64,000 bases of DNA, from positions 108,998 through 172,997 of the forward strand of contig NIVC01002445.1 in NCBI GenBank assembly GCA_002269645.1, read 5' to 3'. The notes below the pieces were generated by a model. That model searched no databases. It was not told the origin of the DNA and saw nothing but the letters and a program-made list of their open reading frames with translations. Source of the DNA: Macrostomum lignano (taxonomy: Eukaryota). Positions within the stretch are counted from its first letter, which is position 1; every line of letters begins with the position of its first letter. Below are positions 59,367 through 64,000 of this stretch, piece by piece. Both the position numbers and the translations under genes were made by a program.

Positions 59367-62209
59367 TCAAAAGAACTCGGAGTCCGAGCTCTGGCTGGTG
59401 TCGCCTCCGCCTCCGCTGCGACCGGCAGCTCCGCCGTCCCGATGCGTTACGCCGCCATCGTTGTCGACCTCGGCGCTAACAGCGGCAGTGGCGGCTGCTC
59501 CGCCAGATGCGTCGCAGTCGTCTTCGTTGGCCTGCAGCAGCGAGGAGCGAGACCGGAGCAGCAGGCGGGAGAAGCTGGGGAACATGGCGGCCAGGAGCAG
59601 CTGCAGGCACTCGGCTGTGCGGGCCGAGCTGGCGCAGGCCAGAGCGGGTACGCCGCCTTCGGCGTCGGCGCAGAATAGGTTGGCCTTCTTGCTGATCAGG
59701 TGCTCAACAACGCCGGGCAGGCCGTTGCCGGCTGCCAGGTGGATTGGCCCTCGACCAGCGCTGTCCAGCTGCGGCAGGACCAAGGCGAGTCAAGGCGTGC
59801 GGTTAGCGCGGGTGGCAACCGCTTGCAGCAAGAATTGAAGGTTGCTTAGGGATTTTGGGTCACTTGAGGACTCTGGGTCACTTGGGGATTTTGGGTCATT
59901 TGGGGACTTTAAGCCACTTAGGGACTTTGGGTCACTTGGGGATTTTGGGTCACTTGGGGATTTTGGGTCAGTTAGGGATTTTAGGTCAGTTAGGGACTTT
60001 AAGTCACTTGGGGACTTTGGGTCAGTTAGGGATTTTGGGTCACTTGGGGACTCTGGTTCACTTGGGGACTTTGGGTCACTTGGGGACTTTGGGTCACTTG
60101 GGGACTTTAGGTCACTTAGGGACTCTGGGTCACTTGGGGACTCTGGGTCACTTGGGGACTTTGGGTCACTTGGGGACTTTGGGTCAGTTAGGGACTTTGG
60201 GTCAGTTAGGGACTTTGGGTCACTTGGGGACTTTGGGTCAGTTAGGGATTTTAGGTCAGTTAGGGACTTTAGGTCAGTTAGGGATTTTGGGTCAGTTAGG
60301 GACTTTAAGTCACTTGGGGACTTTGAGTCACTTGGGGACTTTGGGTCACTTGGGGACTTTGGGTCACTTGGGGATTTTGGGTCAGTTAGGGACTTTGGGT
60401 CAGTTAGGGATTTTGGGTCACTTGGGGACTCTGGGTCACTTGGGGACTTTGGGTCACTTGGGGACTTTGGGTCAGTTAGGGACTTTGGGTCACTTGGGGA
60501 CTCTGGGTCACTTAGGGACTTTGGGTCACTTGGGGACTTTGGGTCAGTTAGGGACTTTGGGTCAGTTAGGGACTTTGGGTCACTTAGGGACTTTGGGTCA
60601 CTTGGGGATTTTGGGTCAGTTAGGGACTTTAGGTTAGTTAGGGAATTTGGGTCAGTTAGGGATTTTGGGTCACTTGGGGACTTTGGCCTGTTTAGAATAG
60701 AAAAAACCTGACTCAATAGAGGATAGAATTGAAAAACAATCACTCCGACACTCATCACTCACAGCATTGATGAGATCCGGATCCACTATCCGCTCCAATA
60801 GGAGAAGAGCGGCTCCCTCGTCGCTAGTAGAGCAGGCGTGATGCAGACAGGTCCTGCCGTCGGCGTCAACCACCGACACGGAGGCGCCGGCATCAAGCAA
60901 CAGGCTGGTGGCAGCGGCGCGCGCCTTGCCGGCTGCCAGCAGAAGCGGCGTAGCGCCTTCAGCGTCGGCGACGTCAACGGTGGCGCCGTAGCGAAGCAGC
61001 AGGCTGGCAGCTTCGCAGTGATCGCCGTGCGCGGCGGCGTGCAGCGGGGTTCGACCACGCGAGTCGCGTCCGTCCACCTGGGCGCCGGCCTCTAGCAGGA
61101 GCTCAACGCAGGTGTCGTGGCCGCGGCCGGCGGCGCAGTGCAGCGGGCTGTAGGAGTTCCAGGCGCGCCAGACTGGCTTCTGCTCTCCCGAGGCTGGCGG
61201 GGCCGGCGGTGTCGGCGGATGCCGCTGCAGCAGCAGCTCGACGCAGCGCGTGAAGCCATGGTAGGCGGCGTAGTGCAGCGCCGAGTAGCCTTTGGCATCG
61301 ATGCTGGCCGCAGCTTCGGGTTGTTGCCGATGGCCGTGAGCAGGCGGTCGGTGGTGGCCTCGTGGCCGCAGGCGGCCGTCATGTGCAGCGCGTGGCGCTT
61401 TCGAAAATCGCGCGCCAGCGGATTGGCGCCAACTTTGATGAGTAGCTCAGTGCAGTCGTCGTGACCGTTGGCGGCGGCACGGTGCAGGGCGGTCCTCTCG
61501 TAGACGTCGGGCATCTGCGAATCGGCGCCTACCTTCAACAGCAGGCGGGCGGCCTCCAGGTGGCCGTTCTGGGCGGCCAGCATCAGCGGCGTGCGGTCGT
61601 GCGCATCGGCGCTGTCGATCAGCGGCCGGCCTCCGCGGCTCCACAGCATCGCCTGGAGGACGCCGACGTGGCCAGCAGCGGCGGCGTAGTGAAGGCCGTT
61701 CCAGCCGAACAGGCCGTCCACCATCTCCAGTGCGCAGCCGCTGCTGTCAGCAAGGTCTTAACTGCGCCCAGGTGGCCCTGGTGGGCGGCCAGGTGCAGCG
61801 GCGTGCGGCCCTGCGGATCGGCGGCCGAATTTGCGGGACTCTCCGGGGCCAGGTGCTTGGCCAGGAGGCTCAACACCTCATCGTGGCCGTGATAGGCGGC
61901 CAGGTGCTGCGGGCTCGGCGAAGAGTTCCAAGCGGCCCGGAGCACGGTGGCCCTGGTGGCGTCCAGCAGGCGGGCGACGGTGTGCCGGCTGCCAGCGCGG
62001 GCGGCGAAGTGCAGCGGCAGCAGCGGGCCGAGCTCGGGGAATTCAGCCGTCTGGCACGGATCGGCGCCGTGCAGCAGCAGCTGATCGGACAGCTGCGGGT
62101 CGCTGGCGGCGGCCAGGTGCAGCGGCGTGAGGCCCTGCCTGTCCGCCTGGCCCGGCAGGGAGCCGCCGTTCAACTGAGGGGCGAAGACGGAGAGGCATAG
62201 GATTAACGG

Positions 62210-62258
<49 letters not shown>

Positions 62259-62263
62259 CACAC

Positions 62264-62297
<34 letters not shown>

Positions 62298-64000
62298 GGA
62301 CAGACAGACGGCAGCTCACCAGAGTCACAGCCGCATTCCGATGCCCCTTGGCGGCGGCATAGTGCAGCGGAGTCCGGCCCACCGAGTCCAGGGCATTGGG
62401 ATCGGCGCCCTTGCCTAGCAGATATTCGACGCACTCAACGCGCCCACCAACGGCGGCCGCATGCAGGCAAGTTCGGCCGAATGCGTCAAGCCGGCCGATG
62501 GCCAGCGGCTGGGCCAGCGTGAGCCGCTGGACGCAGTCAAAATAGCCGGACAGGCAGGCAAGATGCAGCGGCGTGAGCTGGCTGGGCCGACTGGCCGGTC
62601 AGGCGAGGCGCCGGCCTTCATCATCACGTCAAGGAAGAGGTCGTGGCCTCGCATCGCGGCGACGCTGAGCGGAGTGTAGCCGGAGGCATCGACAGAGTCG
62701 GGCACGGCGCCGGCGGCCAGCAGCGACTGGGCGCGAGTGAACCGGCCGTGAACAGCGGCCATGTGAAGTGGAGTGCGGCCCTCCAGGCAGACCGCGTTCA
62801 CGTTGGCATCCTCGTGAATTAGCCAGTCTAGGCACTGAGCGCTGTGCGTGCCTGCAATGTAATGATTTGAAATGAAGGTGAGAAGGTGCTTCTTCTCAGG
62901 GTTGAACATACACTTAAGGGGGGTGGTCGGTGTTGCATGTACTCTAGGGAGGCTGGGTGGTCGGTGTCGCATGTACTCTAGGGAGGCTGGGTGGTCGGTG
63001 GCATGTACTCTAGGGAGGCTGGGTGGTCGGTGTTGCATGTACTCTAGGAGAGGCTGAGGTGGTCGGTGTTGCATATACTCTAGGGAGAGGCTGGGTGGTC
63101 GGTGTCGCATGTACTCTAGGGGGAGGCTGAGGTGGTCGGTGTTGCATGTACTCTAGGGAGAGGCTGGGTGGTCGGTGTTGCATGTACTCTAGGGAGGCTG
63201 GGTGGTCGGTGTTGCATGTACTCTAGGGAGAGGCTGGGTGGTCGGTGTTGCATGTACTCTAGGGAGAGGCTGGGTGGTCGGTGTTGCATGTACTCTAGGG
63301 AGAGGCTGGGTGGTCGGTGTTGCCTGTACTCTAGGGAGAGGCTGGGTGGTCGGTGTTGCATGTACTCTAGGGAGAGGCTGGGTGGTCGGTGTTGCATGTA
63401 CTCTAGGGAGAGGCTGAGGTGGTCGTGTTGCATATACTCTAGGGAGAGGCTGGGTGGCGGGTGTCGAATGTACTCTAAGGGAGGCTGGGTGGCGGGTGTC
63501 GCATGTACTTTAAGGGAGGCTGGGCAAAGGCCGCAGCACGCACCCGCAGCGGCCAGATGAATGGCAGTCTGTCCCAGCTGGTTCTGAGCCTCCAGCTCCA
63601 CCCCGGCCAGCTCGGAGCACAGCTGGTCGTTGCCATTGAGGCAGGCCACGTGCAGCGGCGTGTTGCCCTGCAGGGTGCCGCGTTGACGTCGGCACCCAGG
63701 TCGACCAGCTTGCGCGCGGCGAAGATATTGCCGCAGGCGGCGGCCGTGTGCAGCGGAGTGAAGGCCTGCTTATCGCGAGCGTTGATCTCAGCGCCGTGGC
63801 GGACCAGCAGGTCGATGAGATCCACGCTGCCGTTGTAGGCGGCCCAGTGCAGGGCGCGCCGGGTCGCGCTTGTCGAATGCGTTGACCATGTCCGGCGAGC
63901 GGGACAGCAGAAGCTCGGCCACTTCCGGGTGGCCGTTGAATGCGGCATGGTGCAGCGCCGTGTGGCCAGCCCGATCGCTGACGTTCGGATTAGTCAGATG
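59367..64000 (-). CDS. ANKRD28: PP6 regulatory ankyrin-repeat subunit (ANKRD28/44/52 family), 3' part, interrupted by ~5 single-base frameshifts as given
   Basis: Exons >64000-63544, 62851-62320, 62173-60763, 59768-59367. Family-specific strings AFDKRD(R)RALHWAAY.G, HLAAAGTHSAQCL, GRTPLHMAAVHGRFTRAQ, DAFGRTCLHAAA.GG, RTALHRAAANGHDDC, LERI.DPDLINA, PALACA....AECLQLLLA.M, C-terminal SDSE. Exact paralogue not resolvable. Confidence 0.85.
59850..60685. repeat. 18-bp minisatellite in last ankyrin-gene intron
   Basis: GGGACTTTGGGTCACTT(G/A) and GGGTCAGTTAGGGACTTT units. Confidence 0.97.
62205..62310. repeat. (GACA)n microsatellite in ankyrin-gene intron
   Basis: Direct reading. Confidence 0.95.
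62920..63520. repeat. ~34-36-bp minisatellite in ankyrin-gene intron
   Basis: GCATGTACTCTAGGGAGAGGCTGGGTGGTCGGTGTT units. Confidence 0.95.

Noticed and set aside
59790-60758. 322-, 289- and 260-aa ORFs (DPKSP, GDFGS, LGHLGT repeats)
   Set aside because: 18-bp array inside an ankyrin-gene intron defined by GT-AG sites at 60762 and 59769; open in several frames at once.

Overview
Eukaryotic (animal) genomic DNA, not prokaryotic. GC-rich spliced exons, introns filled with minisatellites, and a match to the Macrostomum lignano spliced-leader sequence (recalled from the literature, not looked up) point to the flatworm Macrostomum (inference). Genes reconstructed by hand with phase-consistent GT-AG junctions: an intronless class A GPCR (-); the PH-BEACH-WD40 end of a LYST homologue (+); a 15-exon ADAM metalloprotease (-); a secreted WSC+PAN protein (+); a GT31-like glycosyltransferase lacking its catalytic motifs (+); a mucolipin/TRPML channel (+); a universal stress protein (+); a small secreted orphan protein (+); and the 3' part of an ANKRD28/44/52-like gene carrying about five single-base frameshifts (-). 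About 30 distinct tandem arrays fill most long introns and generate most of the long spurious ORFs in the track. Also present: a tRNA-derived SINE family (5 copies), a MITE, a HINE/DINE-1-like element, and a foldback element rich in E2F-type motifs. Most interesting: a diverged SL-RNA-like locus at ~56.1 kb, mutually complementary intronic arrays bracketing single exons, a 1.46 kb tract with no CpG, and acceptor AGs immediately upstream of most start codons (trans-splicing-like).
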